Assembly (NCBI GenBank): GCA_965216315.1
Contig: CBDCFN010000015.1
Span: 1 to 64,000 of the forward strand
Source: a bacterium
GTDB lineage: Bacteria > UBA10199 > 2-02-FULL-50-16 > JAJFLM01
Direction of reading: 5' to 3'
DNA length: 64,000 nt
A program made the translations under genes and the position numbers. Shown one piece after another: positions 29,140-39,471 of the stretch (its first letter is position 1; each line of letters begins with the position of its first letter). The notes under the pieces were generated by a model, which worked only from the letters and a program-made list of their open reading frames with translations, did no database searches and was not told the DNA's origin.

Positions 29140-29937
29140 ATGGAAACAAAACTTTGGCAGATTACTCGCGGAGAAGGACCCCTACTCGCAACATCCATTC
29201 ATAGTGGACATGAACTCCGTCCCGAACTGGCCTCCCTCTGTGCCCTCGATGAAGCAACACAACTGAGGGAAGAAGATCCTTATACGGATTTCTTAACCAC
29301 CGTCGCACCTAATCGCGTAGTCCCGCACCGTTCGCGCTTTGAAGTCGATTTAAATCGTTCACGCGATCAAGCCGTCTACCGCCGTCCGGAGGATGCCTGG
29401 GGCTTACAGGTCTGGAAACAGGATCTTACCGAAGAAACCGCCCAACGTTCCCTGGCTTACTATGATAGCTTCTATCAGGAGCTGGAAAAGATCCTGTCGG
29501 AGCTAAATACTCGTTATTCAAAATTTGTTGTGTTCGATCTCCATTCCTACAATCATCGGCGGGGAGGCCCTGATGCAGCGCCTGAAGAACCGGCCAAAAA
29601 TCCGGAAATCAATGTGGGAACCGGGACAATGAACCGAACCTACTGGGCGCCGCTTGTGGATCGTTTTATCTCCGAACTTCGAGACTATAATTTTTTGGGA
29701 CGACACTTGGATGTCCGTGAAAATGTTAAATTTCGAGGGCGCCAACTGGCCCAATGGACACACGAAAATTTCCCTACCTCCGGCTGTTGCCTCGCCCTCG
29801 AATTTAAAAAATTCTGGATGGATGAATGGACAGGAGAACCCGATCAAGCGCAATTGGAAGCACTGCATGCAGCATTACTCCAAACAGTGCCAGGGATTCT
29901 GGAAGAGCTCGGTTGCAATGAAACCAATAAATCTTGA
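29140..29937 (+). CDS. N-formylglutamate amidohydrolase family protein
   Basis: SIHSGH, REEDPYTD, SRF.VDLNR, DLHSYN, EFKK; start placed at ATG 29140. Confidence 0.88.
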   Translation: METKLWQITRGEGPLLATSIHSGHELRPELASLCALDEATQLREEDPYTDFLTTVAPNRVVPHRSRFEVDLNRSRDQAVYRRPEDAWGLQVWKQDLTEETAQRSLAYYDSFYQELEKILSELNTRYSKFVVFDLHSYNHRRGGPDAAPEEPAKNPEINVGTGTMNRTYWAPLVDRFISELRDYNFLGRHLDVRENVKFRGRQLAQWTHENFPTSGCCLALEFKKFWMDEWTGEPDQAQLEALHAALLQTVPGILEELGCNETNKS

Positions 29938-31834
29938 AAAGGGCGACTTAATTTCACAACAATTTATTGAGAACGTTTGTGAACAGCTGGCTCAAGACAA
30001 GCGAATTATAAGTTCTTTTATGGGTGGTCGTTTGAGCATTGATCGCCAGCTGCCCTTCCTATGTCTTTATCGCCAACCGGAGACCTATTCGGATGCAGGT
30101 ACCGAGCGACTCGTGATGAGCGAAGCAGCCTATTTAGTGGCGTCGGGCAAGCGCAAATTTCACCGCAGCCTACGCCAGCTCGTCACTCGTATTTCTGCAC
30201 TCCTATCCGAAATCTTTGGGGCCTTTCTCATCATAGAGATATGGTCTTCTCCAGAATATGCATTTTTAGAAACAGGCAAAATTGGAGCTTCCAAACCCGC
30301 CTTTAAAATTGCTGCATCCAACGACTACCGCCTCACCTCAACGACGGAAGCCCTCCAAGCAGCTCTTCAAAAAACGCATATTCTCAAACGAACACCGAAA
30401 GTGGAAATAATGCCCGGTACATGTGCCCCCGAAGGCTTGCGCCCAATATTGCTTCAGAGAGAAGCAGAGCAATGGAATTGCCACTGGCTTGGACTTGAAG
30501 TTCGTCCCATTCATCTGAGCGTGGACCGGCAAGAAGAGTTCCCTTTAGTACGTCGTTCGTTGGTTCGAAGCCTTTCTCGAGCGTTGCAACGGGCTTTCTA
30601 TGAATTCACGCGCACTCAAACTGCCCGCCGCCCTCCAAACTACCAATCATTAGGTAAGCGTGCGTTTGTAAAAGCGGTTTGGCATACAGATCAGCAACTG
30701 GCAGCGATTAGCGACGCCTTCGATTTATTGATTCATCTGAACCCTGTTAATCTAAGTAGGTCCTGGTCTGAGTTTCGTCGTAGCAAATTCGAAAAGACAC
30801 CAAGTTTTCTTTATCCACGCTTACCAATCGAACCGGCCTCATTGAAAAGAAATCTCTATATGGTTCCGATGGAGCATATTGAAGATCCCGCCATTGAAGA
30901 GATCTTCCGTGACAAACGCGATGAGCTGGATCGCCAACTTACACTCCTGACCGATCGCGGCACGCCCCGCTTCATTTATGGCAGTATTCAACTTTATGGC
31001 GGCGTTGATGAGGTTTTATTCAAGTCGGCAAAAGATCTGTTAATGAAAATTCCTTCCCGCACGCGTGATGATTCTTCAGGTGGCAAAGTGACGGCCGATG
31101 AATTTGCATACTATGCTAAGAACGAAATAAGTCGGTATAAAGCGGAGTTGCCAAATTTCACTGGCACATGGCAGGTCTACGATGGACCTGCGAGCCTTAT
31201 GGTATCCCGAGGACATCTTCTGATTGGGAGCCGGATCAGTATCCCGCGCCGTCGCATTGATGCGTTGATACAGCATGAAATAGGAACCCATATGGTTACT
31301 TACTATAATGCCATGACACAACCTTTTCGCATGCTGCATGCCGGCCTGGCCGGGTATGATGAATTGCAAGAAGGCTTGGCAGTTTTAGCCGAATATATTT
31401 GCGGTGGGTTAAGCCGGCCACGCCTCAGGCTTCTAGCTGCCCGGGTTGTTGCGGTAAGGCAGATGATTGAAGGAGCCTCCTTTGTGGATGTCTTTCGTGA
31501 ACTGGACCGCTTCTACGATTTTGGACAAAAAACCGCCTTTACGATCACGCTTAGAGTTTTTCGTGGGGGTGGTCTGACAAAAGACGCGGCTTACCTACGT
31601 GGCCTAATCGCGTTGCTGAAGTACTTCAAGGAAGGCGGAGTAATAGAACCTTTATTTGTCGGTAAGTTTGCTTTAAAACATCTCCCTATTATCAAAGAAT
31701 TGATGGCAAGGAAGGTTTTGCATAAACCGCCGCTCTTGCCTTATTATCTGCGCGGCAAAGACACGGCAAAAGCCCTGGAGCTTTTGCGTTCTGGCCTTTC
31801 AGTGACAGATCTGGTAGGAGGAAGAAGACGATGA
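29918..31834 (+). CDS. DUF1704 / QEGLA-motif (MATCAP-like) metallocarboxypeptidase
   Basis: HEIGTH, QEGLAV.AE, R..RGGG.TKD..YL.G; start ATG 29918 overlapping the upstream gene. Confidence 0.85.
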   Translation: MKPINLEKGDLISQQFIENVCEQLAQDKRIISSFMGGRLSIDRQLPFLCLYRQPETYSDAGTERLVMSEAAYLVASGKRKFHRSLRQLVTRISALLSEIFGAFLIIEIWSSPEYAFLETGKIGASKPAFKIAASNDYRLTSTTEALQAALQKTHILKRTPKVEIMPGTCAPEGLRPILLQREAEQWNCHWLGLEVRPIHLSVDRQEEFPLVRRSLVRSLSRALQRAFYEFTRTQTARRPPNYQSLGKRAFVKAVWHTDQQLAAISDAFDLLIHLNPVNLSRSWSEFRRSKFEKTPSFLYPRLPIEPASLKRNLYMVPMEHIEDPAIEEIFRDKRDELDRQLTLLTDRGTPRFIYGSIQLYGGVDEVLFKSAKDLLMKIPSRTRDDSSGGKVTADEFAYYAKNEISRYKAELPNFTGTWQVYDGPASLMVSRGHLLIGSRISIPRRRIDALIQHEIGTHMVTYYNAMTQPFRMLHAGLAGYDELQEGLAVLAEYICGGLSRPRLRLLAARVVAVRQMIEGASFVDVFRELDRFYDFGQKTAFTITLRVFRGGGLTKDAAYLRGLIALLKYFKEGGVIEPLFVGKFALKHLPIIKELMARKVLHKPPLLPYYLRGKDTAKALELLRSGLSVTDLVGGRRR

Positions 31835-32877
31835 AACTGGGGCTTTTTGTAAATGATGTAATGACGGAGGAGGCCGGTTACACGACAACGCGGCTTGCCA
31901 TTGCCGCGCTGAAGATGGGACATCAGGTCTGGCATATTGGTGCGAAAGATTTTGCCTATGATCCGGATGATAAAGTCTACGCACGGGCCCATGCGGTCGG
32001 TAAAACAAAATACAAATCTGGCGAAACATTCTTAACTGATTTACAGGGAAGAAATTCGGTGCGTGGCAGAATCTGCGTCGATGAATTGGATGTTCTAGTC
32101 CTGCGCAATGATCCTTCTACGGATGCACTCAACCGCCCCTGGGCAACGACTGTAGGACTCGACTTTGGCCGCATGGCACTTCGACACGGTGTGATCGTCC
32201 TCAATGATCCCAATGGCCTCGCCAAGGCCATGAATAAGATGTATTTTCAGCTCTACCCGCAGGAGATTCGGCCCCAAACCCTGATTACGAGAGATCGCGA
32301 AGAGATCAAATCATTTGCGAAACATATTGGGGGCACGATCGTATTAAAGCCACTGCAAGGATCCGGCGGGGCCAATGTTTTCCTAGTTCGGCCCGATGAT
32401 ATCCCCAATATCAATCAGATGATCGATGCGATCATCCGAGATGGTTATGTGATCGCGCAAGAATATTTACCAGCAGCTGCGGAGGGGGACACGCGCTTAT
32501 TTATAATGAACGGCCAACCTTTGCGTTATAAAGGCAAATATGCCGCGTTTCGTCGCGTCAGGCAGGGGGGGGATATGCGAAGCAATGTACACGCAGGCGG
32601 TAAACTTGCAGCCGCAGAGATCAATGATTCCGTCTTAAGAATTGCTGAAATTGTACGGCCCAAACTGGTCCAAGACGGTATGTTCTTAGTCGGTCTCGAT
32701 ATTGTGGGCGACAAACTCATGGAGATAAACGTCTTTAGTCCCGGCGGCCTCGGAAGTGCCCAAAAGTTCGAAGGCGTTAACTTTAACTACGAGGTGGTTA
32801 GAGCACTCGAACGCAAGGTCCAATACATGCATGATTATGGTCGCAAATTCGACAATGTGGATTTAGCGACACTCTAG
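31831..32877 (+). CDS. Glutathione synthetase-like ATP-grasp ligase
   Basis: LRNDPS, NK.Y, KPL.G.GG..V, GD.R, RSN.H.GG, GLD.VG...EINVFSPGG. Confidence 0.88.
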   Translation: MKLGLFVNDVMTEEAGYTTTRLAIAALKMGHQVWHIGAKDFAYDPDDKVYARAHAVGKTKYKSGETFLTDLQGRNSVRGRICVDELDVLVLRNDPSTDALNRPWATTVGLDFGRMALRHGVIVLNDPNGLAKAMNKMYFQLYPQEIRPQTLITRDREEIKSFAKHIGGTIVLKPLQGSGGANVFLVRPDDIPNINQMIDAIIRDGYVIAQEYLPAAAEGDTRLFIMNGQPLRYKGKYAAFRRVRQGGDMRSNVHAGGKLAAAEINDSVLRIAEIVRPKLVQDGMFLVGLDIVGDKLMEINVFSPGGLGSAQKFEGVNFNYEVVRALERKVQYMHDYGRKFDNVDLATL

Positions 32878-32881
32878 GTGC

Positions 32882-34222
32882 TTGTCATCATTATCTTCAA
32901 AGCTCATGCTCCGTTACTCGACGATAAAACTCAGTGAAACACTTTCAGGGTTGGTTCGAGGTCGCTTATGGCTGAAAGTCATCATCGGGATGATTTTAGG
33001 AATATCCACCGGAATTATGCTGGGGCCATCAGTGGGGTGGGTTTCGGATCCAACAAGGATAATGGTCGGCAACTGGCTCGCCCTGCCTGGTCAATTATTT
33101 CTATTACTGATTCAAATGATCGTCATTCCGCTTGTCTTTGCCTCCGTGATTCATGGACTGGCCGCGAGCGAAAGCTTCGAACAGTTAAAAAAAATGGGCC
33201 TGGGTGTCGTCGGTTATTTCATCGTGACCACCGTCATTGCCGTTGTCATTGGTTTTGCAGTGTCGTTTCTGATCAAGCCCGGAGAATTTGTAAACAGTTC
33301 ACTGGTTCAGCAGGCCTTGGGCACAAGCCCCCAAATAACCCCACAGACGGCGGGAGAAATTCCCAGCGTTAGCGAATTACCCCAGAAACTGCTGACCATA
33401 CTTCCCCAAAATCCTCTCAATGCAATGGTCGAAGGCCAAATGCTTCAAGTCGTGCTGTTCGCTATTATCGTCGGGATAGCCTTGTTGTTGATCCCACGCA
33501 AACAGGCCCAGCCCTTGCTTGATGTCTTAGGTTCCTTGCAAGCCGTCTGCATGACCGTTGTTAAATGGGCGATGTGGTTGGCCCCTTTTGCGGTTTATGG
33601 CTTGCTAACGCAACTGACATCTAAAATCGGCTTTGAAGCCCTGATCGGAATGGCGGTCTACGTCGGCACTGTCCTGCTCGGCCTGCTTATCTTGCTTCTT
33701 TTCTATCTCTTTTTAGTCTTCGTCTTTGCACGCCTGTCGCCACTGAAATTTCTATTTAAGGTGCAGGACGTTCTGCTCTTGGCCTTTTCGACTTCCAGTT
33801 CCGCAGCGGTCATGCCGTTGTCCATGAAAACAGCTGAAGAAAAGTTGGGGGTTCGTTCCGCCGTCTCACAATTTGTCATCCCATTGGGAGCCACGATTAA
33901 TATGAATGGAACGGCTCTTTATCAGGCCGTCGCCACGATTTTTTTGGCACAAGTTTTTGGAATTTCCATCGGCATGATAGGTCTTTTATTGATCGTAGTC
34001 ACCGCGGTCGGTGCGTCCATCGGTTCTCCGGCAACCCCCGGCGTGGGCATCGTGGTCTTGGCGTTAGTACTCGATAGCGTCGGTGTGCCCACAAGTGGGA
34101 TTGCCTTGATCATGGGCGTCGACCGCATCCTTGATATGGGACGGACATCTATTAACGTCTGTGGAGATATCGTTGCCTGCAAGCTAACCGATCGATGGTT
34201 CTATAACGAAAATAAGCCATGA
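32882..34222 (+). CDS. Dicarboxylate/amino acid:cation symporter (GltP/DAACS)
   Basis: AFSTSSSAA, PLGATINMNG, DRILDMGRTS.NV.GD. Confidence 0.92.
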   Translation: MSSLSSKLMLRYSTIKLSETLSGLVRGRLWLKVIIGMILGISTGIMLGPSVGWVSDPTRIMVGNWLALPGQLFLLLIQMIVIPLVFASVIHGLAASESFEQLKKMGLGVVGYFIVTTVIAVVIGFAVSFLIKPGEFVNSSLVQQALGTSPQITPQTAGEIPSVSELPQKLLTILPQNPLNAMVEGQMLQVVLFAIIVGIALLLIPRKQAQPLLDVLGSLQAVCMTVVKWAMWLAPFAVYGLLTQLTSKIGFEALIGMAVYVGTVLLGLLILLLFYLFLVFVFARLSPLKFLFKVQDVLLLAFSTSSSAAVMPLSMKTAEEKLGVRSAVSQFVIPLGATINMNGTALYQAVATIFLAQVFGISIGMIGLLLIVVTAVGASIGSPATPGVGIVVLALVLDSVGVPTSGIALIMGVDRILDMGRTSINVCGDIVACKLTDRWFYNENKP

Positions 34223-34695
34223 AAAAAATTCTACCGCTATTAATAGTTGCCTTGTTCTTACCAAGCATTTCTATTGCCGATCAGCATCGCAAACTGCGCA
34301 TCGGTCGCATAGAGAAGATTACTTTGCCGAAACATAACATTTCCTTTGAAGGGCGTATTGATACCGGAGCCCATACCTGCTCTATACATGTAACCAACGC
34401 AAAAATAACCAAAGTCGGAAAAATTAAATATATTGAATTCGATACCGAAGACCGCAATGGGAATAAATATCACATCAAAACTAAGGTTCATAAAGAATCT
34501 CACATCAAGAAAACAGATGGTGAAGCTGACGCACGCTATGTGATACGTGAACTCGTTCAGCTTGGGAATATTACCAAAGAAGTTAATATTAATTTGAATG
34601 ATAGAAGCAAACTGAAGTATAACTTTTTGGTAGGACGTAATTTCTTGCGGGGCGATTTTGTCGTCGATGTTTCTCTCTCTCATACCGTAGAATAA
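34219..34695 (+). CDS. RimK-associated retropepsin-like protease (putative ATP-dependent zinc protease family)
   Basis: Signal peptide, IG..E, IDTGA..S, R.......L.GR.FL. Confidence 0.85.
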   Translation: MKKILPLLIVALFLPSISIADQHRKLRIGRIEKITLPKHNISFEGRIDTGAHTCSIHVTNAKITKVGKIKYIEFDTEDRNGNKYHIKTKVHKESHIKKTDGEADARYVIRELVQLGNITKEVNINLNDRSKLKYNFLVGRNFLRGDFVVDVSLSHTVE

Positions 34696-34708
34696 GAAAG
34701 ATATCACG

Positions 34709-36280
34709 ATGAACTGGAAATATTTTCTGCTTGTAACGGGTCTCTTGCTAGCAACGGCAATTCCGATTTCTTACAAGACATTCATATTAGGTATGGACTT
34801 TTTCCCTTCTGTTAAAAAAGATACGTGGGCCATTGAGTTTATGGCGAAGGTCAAGGGAAGCCCAAAAAGCCAAAAGATCGTTTTCCCCATACCCAAGGCA
34901 AGCGATCGCATCCAAATTCTTGAGACACAATTCGAAGGTCAAAATTTGGCATTAGCGATTAAAACCACATTGGCAGGGGCTCACGCCAGCCTAACCGGCA
35001 TTAGCAGACAAAACATCAAGGTTTTTTATCGAGTCAATCTTAAGGGCTTTCAAAAAAAATATAAGATGCCTGTCTCAAATGAATGGCAAAGCTATCCAAA
35101 AAAAGTGGCTGCGTTTTTAGATCCCCCTCCGCTGAGTCCGTCTGTAGAGCAAGCTATAGAAAGATTGGAATATGAATTGTTTAGTGTCAAAATGACACGC
35201 CTCAACCGGATTAAGACTCTTTTTTATTTTCTGCATGAAGAAATCCTAAAGGGAAAGAAACACCAGGGGATTGAACAGGCATTATTGAAATCAAAGGGCT
35301 CTTCACGCGATAAAGCCGAACTATTTACGATCCTTGCTCGCCGTCAGGGAATACCGGCACGTACGATAATGGGAATAACGCTCACAGAGAAAGAAAATAT
35401 TAAACGAACCGCCTGGCATTGGAATGAGGTTTATTTAGGACAACAATGGATTCCCGTCCTGTTAAAAGAGGGCTATTTGGGTGAAATACCGGCTGAGTAT
35501 CTCCCATTAGCCACAAGCACGAAACTACGTCCCAAGTGGCCTAATGATGGCTTTCACTTAACTGTCAATGCGGAACGGCTCAGCTCCGAGCAATTTAATG
35601 CGCTTGAATATCGAAAACAACTTACCGCCAAGAAATCGCTTATTTTGAGCTTTTCACCTTACACGTTGCCGCTCTCGGAGCAGCCGGCATTTAAGCTGCT
35701 TCTCTTATTTGCATTCGGAACTCTCGTCCTAGCGTTTTGTCGCAATATTATTGGAATGAAGAGTTTTGGCATCTTCTTTCCGGTTTTATTAGCGTTGTTT
35801 TTCAAAGACACATCTTTATGGTTTGGAATGGGTTTTTTTGGCTTTATTATTATTATGGGGACATTAGAACGTCGTTTGCTAACCGCTATGCACCTCTTAG
35901 CCGTACCACGATTTTCAATAATTTTGGTCCTCTTGGTGATAACTCTGTTGCTATTCGCGATACTCAATAATCAGTATCAGTTTTCGCAGTATAACCCGGC
36001 AATTCTTCCTATTATCATTACAACGATGTTTATCGAACGCTTTAGCATTAAATGGGAAGAAGAAGGCACATTAAATACGGGGCAGGCTTTGCTAGGAACT
36101 TTTTTCATATCGATTGTGGCCTATAGCCTTTTCTCATGGGAGCTGTTGGAAAGGCTGCTTTACACCCATCCGGAGACTCTATTTACCATTATTGCCTTTT
36201 TGATCATGATTGGCCGTTACACAGGATATCGCGTTTCAGAGATCATCCGTTTTCGTGAGTTTCTGAGGCAAAGAGCATGA
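34709..36280 (+). CDS. Inactive transglutaminase fused to a 7TM domain
   Basis: GIPAR.I.G and W.EV motifs with the catalytic Cys absent; R..IG.K.FG.F.P.L, P.II.T..IER, GRYTGYR.SE..RF. Confidence 0.85.
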   Translation: MNWKYFLLVTGLLLATAIPISYKTFILGMDFFPSVKKDTWAIEFMAKVKGSPKSQKIVFPIPKASDRIQILETQFEGQNLALAIKTTLAGAHASLTGISRQNIKVFYRVNLKGFQKKYKMPVSNEWQSYPKKVAAFLDPPPLSPSVEQAIERLEYELFSVKMTRLNRIKTLFYFLHEEILKGKKHQGIEQALLKSKGSSRDKAELFTILARRQGIPARTIMGITLTEKENIKRTAWHWNEVYLGQQWIPVLLKEGYLGEIPAEYLPLATSTKLRPKWPNDGFHLTVNAERLSSEQFNALEYRKQLTAKKSLILSFSPYTLPLSEQPAFKLLLLFAFGTLVLAFCRNIIGMKSFGIFFPVLLALFFKDTSLWFGMGFFGFIIIMGTLERRLLTAMHLLAVPRFSIILVLLVITLLLFAILNNQYQFSQYNPAILPIIITTMFIERFSIKWEEEGTLNTGQALLGTFFISIVAYSLFSWELLERLLYTHPETLFTIIAFLIMIGRYTGYRVSEIIRFREFLRQRA

Positions 36281-37212
36281 CCTTTGGCGCACTCCATTCA
36301 CTTGGCGTTCTCGGCATCAATGCCCGCATCGGGCACTACATGAATCGCTACAATCCAAGAAAATATTATCCGTTTGTTGATGACAAAATCAAAACAAGCG
36401 CATTGGCTGAACAGCACGAAATCAAAATTCCGAAAACTTACCATATTTTTGATTCTTACGGGGAATTACGCAACCTGAGTGAAATTCTCAAACCCTATGA
36501 AGCCTTCGTGATCAAACCTGCTAAAGGCGCCATGGGACATGGAATCGTTGTCATCGACAGAGTCGATAAGGAACTATTTATCAAACCAAGTGGCAAACAA
36601 ATGACGCTTCAACAGCTTCGCGATCATATCTCACAAATTATGAGCGGATTATACTCATTAAGTGGCACACCCGATGAGGCTATCATCCAATATAAAGTCA
36701 AACTTCATCCAGCCTTTCACTCGTATACGTATCAGGGAATTCCGGATGTTCGCGTGATTGTTTACCGAGGATATCCGGTAATGGCGATGACGCGGCTACC
36801 CACTCGAGAGTCCGATGGTCGCGCAAACCTGCATCAAGGTTCCATCGGCGCAGGGCTAAACATGACTAGCGGTAAAGTAACTTATGCTATTCACCACAAT
36901 CATTTTATTCATCACCACCCTGATACCAGCCACACGCTAGATGGGCTTGAGATCCCCTACTGGCAGGAAATCCTCATTACAGCGGCGCGTTGTTACGACA
37001 TAGTCCACATGGGCTACTTGGGTGTCGATATTGTCGTTGATGAAATTTATGGTTCATTAATGCTCGAAATGAATGCGCGCCCGGGCCTGTCCATTCAGGT
37101 AGCCAACCGTAAGGGACTTAAAAAAATATTGAATAACTTTGAGAAAATGATCACCCGGCAACTACCGGCGGAAGAACGGGTTAAACTTGCATTGTCACAA
37201 TTTCAGGGCTAA
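36277..37212 (+). CDS. Alpha-L-glutamate ligase-like ATP-grasp protein
   Basis: LG.N.R...Y..RYN.R..YP.VDDK, KPA.G..G.GI, SDGRANLHQG, LE.NARPGL.IQ.AN. Confidence 0.9.
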   Translation: MTFGALHSLGVLGINARIGHYMNRYNPRKYYPFVDDKIKTSALAEQHEIKIPKTYHIFDSYGELRNLSEILKPYEAFVIKPAKGAMGHGIVVIDRVDKELFIKPSGKQMTLQQLRDHISQIMSGLYSLSGTPDEAIIQYKVKLHPAFHSYTYQGIPDVRVIVYRGYPVMAMTRLPTRESDGRANLHQGSIGAGLNMTSGKVTYAIHHNHFIHHHPDTSHTLDGLEIPYWQEILITAARCYDIVHMGYLGVDIVVDEIYGSLMLEMNARPGLSIQVANRKGLKKILNNFEKMITRQLPAEERVKLALSQFQG

Positions 37213-37274
37213 TCCATCTAAAATTAGACAGCTATTTGATACTATGCTATGGGAAGTCCTCGCATATCAGATTA

Positions 37275-38153
37275 ATGGAACAATTCACCCTAGAAAAAAT
37301 TTTAGAATGGGTTAATTTCCCGCTTATCAAGATCGGTCAGGTCCAGATCACATTGGGCGGGCTCGGCACTGCTTTTCTCACGCTTGTCGTCTTCATTTTT
37401 CTGGCTGCTTTCCTTCAAAAGTCACTATCTAAACGACTTACCAAACGGCTCAAATTAAATTCGGGAACAGCCTATGCGCTCAGCCGGATTTTACAATATT
37501 TCATTATCATTCTCGGATTGATTTTAGCCGCTCAGATCGTCGGATTTAATCTGGGCAGTCTCGCTGTTGTCTTTGGCTTTTTAAGTGTCGGGGTTGGATT
37601 TGGACTTCAGAATATAACCTCTAATTTCATATCAGGTCTGATCTTATTATTTGAACGACCGATTGCCGTCGGCGATTTTGTTAATGTTGAAGGGCAGATA
37701 GGGAAAGTCATCAAGATCAGCATGCGAGCAACATTGATCAGAACATTCGATAACGTGACTATTATCGTGCCCAACAGCAAATTTATCGAGAACCAGGTTA
37801 TCAACTGGTCACACGGTGACCCCAAAATACGTCTCCATTGCTCCGTCGGCGTTGCCTATGGCTCAAATACAACCCTGGTCCATGAAACTCTGCTTAAAGT
37901 CGCGCGGGATCACGAGTCAATTCTGCAGCAACCGACTCCGGAAGTGCGTTTTTTGGAGTTCGGAGATTCGTCTCTCAACTTTGAATTGCTCGCCTGGACC
38001 GCGGTTCCGGAAAGTCAACTACAGGTCATCAGTCAACTTAATTTCGCTATCGATCAAGCGTTCCGCGATGCGGGCATTCAAATTCCGTTCCCACAACGGG
38101 ACTTGCACTTGCAGATGACGCCAGCCGTTGAACAAATTGCCGGACGGAAATGA
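37275..38153 (+). CDS. mscS: Small-conductance mechanosensitive channel
   Basis: GVGFGLQN..SNF.SG, VPNS, VGVAY, I.IPFPQRDLH. Confidence 0.9.
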   Translation: MEQFTLEKILEWVNFPLIKIGQVQITLGGLGTAFLTLVVFIFLAAFLQKSLSKRLTKRLKLNSGTAYALSRILQYFIIILGLILAAQIVGFNLGSLAVVFGFLSVGVGFGLQNITSNFISGLILLFERPIAVGDFVNVEGQIGKVIKISMRATLIRTFDNVTIIVPNSKFIENQVINWSHGDPKIRLHCSVGVAYGSNTTLVHETLLKVARDHESILQQPTPEVRFLEFGDSSLNFELLAWTAVPESQLQVISQLNFAIDQAFRDAGIQIPFPQRDLHLQMTPAVEQIAGRK

Positions 38154-38172
38154 TGTCCTCTATACAGTGCCT

Positions 38173-39471
38173 CTAGATGAGACTCCCTAAGAGAGTCGCT
38201 AACCCGAGAAAACTAAAGAAACCGACCACATCCGTTACGGTGGTTAGAATAATCGAGGAAGAGGTCGCAGGATCCTGTCCAAATGCAGACAGAACCAACG
38301 GGATGCTCGCACCCGCTAGCCCTGCCGCGAGCATGGAAATGACCATCGCCAAACCGATGATGAGACTGAGTCCGTACGAATGGCTCCAAAGAAAAACCGC
38401 AATGGCCGTGACAATCGCAATAGCAATGCCATTGATTAGGGCTACGCGACCTTCCTTCCACAGGGCCTTGGGCCACTGACGTAAGCGCACTTCGCGCAGC
38501 GCGAGACCGCGCATGATGACGGCCAAGGCCTGCGCCCCGGTATTGCCGGATTGTCCCGCCACGACCGGCATCAAAACAGCAAGAGCCGTATATTTGGCGA
38601 TTGTTCCCTCGAAAAGACCGACGACTGCTGAGGCGAGAAAAGCGGTCAGCAAATTAATGTGCAACCAGGGTAATCGCTTCTTAATAGCAAAGCTCGCCTT
38701 AGAAAAAGCACGCTCTTCTTTGCTGACACCAACCATCGCCTGGATATCCGCACTGGCTTCCTGTTCGGCTGCCTGCATGATGGCGTGTTGTCGAATCACG
38801 CCCAAGAGGCGATTATCATAGTCCAAAACCGGCAAAGTGCTCAGTCGACCGCGTTCAAACAACTCGACGGCTTCATCCCGAGAAGACACGGCTTGAATGG
38901 TTACCGGTGGCCGGACGACCAAACTTTGGAGCACTTCGTCATGCTTGGCAAGAATGGCATCCTGCAGGGGGACGACACCCGTAAGATGGCCGGTATCATC
39001 AACTAAGAATAAATCCAGTATCCTCTTTCGCTGCAGTTGACGCATTCGTTTCATCGCATCCTTGACGGTCGCTTGTGGATGCAACGTAACAACTCGGGTA
39101 TCCATGTAGTAACCGGCCGTATCTGCCGTATAAGATAACAGTTGCGTGAGTTCTTGAGCTGTCTGCGCATCAAGCCAGCTGAGCCGCTTGGAGCGCTCCG
39201 TTTCATCCATTTGCGACAGGAGCAGTGCCACCCGGTGCAGGTCCATTCCCGCTAAAACAGCCACGAAAGTTGCTTTATCCAACGCAGCAAAGGCAGACGC
39301 CGCCATCGAGGGAGTCAGGCGGTGCAATAAGGTCATTAAATGCTGTACATCCTGTTTCTTAAGAAATGAAATGACATCGGAACCGGAACGCGTCTCCAAA
39401 TGTCGGGCTACCTCTTCCGGGTATTGTTCCAGAAAAGCCCGATTTAATTTTTGGACCGCCTGCGACGTCAT
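38173..39471 (-). CDS. mgtE: MgtE family magnesium transporter
   Basis: MgtE-N plus CBS pair plus RLPWL..NL, GNTG.Q, DPA..S...TT.TD..G. Confidence 0.9.
   Translation of the reverse strand: MTSQAVQKLNRAFLEQYPEEVARHLETRSGSDVISFLKKQDVQHLMTLLHRLTPSMAASAFAALDKATFVAVLAGMDLHRVALLLSQMDETERSKRLSWLDAQTAQELTQLLSYTADTAGYYMDTRVVTLHPQATVKDAMKRMRQLQRKRILDLFLVDDTGHLTGVVPLQDAILAKHDEVLQSLVVRPPVTIQAVSSRDEAVELFERGRLSTLPVLDYDNRLLGVIRQHAIMQAAEQEASADIQAMVGVSKEERAFSKASFAIKKRLPWLHINLLTAFLASAVVGLFEGTIAKYTALAVLMPVVAGQSGNTGAQALAVIMRGLALREVRLRQWPKALWKEGRVALINGIAIAIVTAIAVFLWSHSYGLSLIIGLAMVISMLAAGLAGASIPLVLSAFGQDPATSSSIILTTVTDVVGFFSFLGLATLLGSLI

Noticed and set aside
29654..29917. N-terminal extension of the DUF1704 ORF
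   Set aside because: It lies inside the amidohydrolase gene; ATG 29918 gives a normal short overlap.
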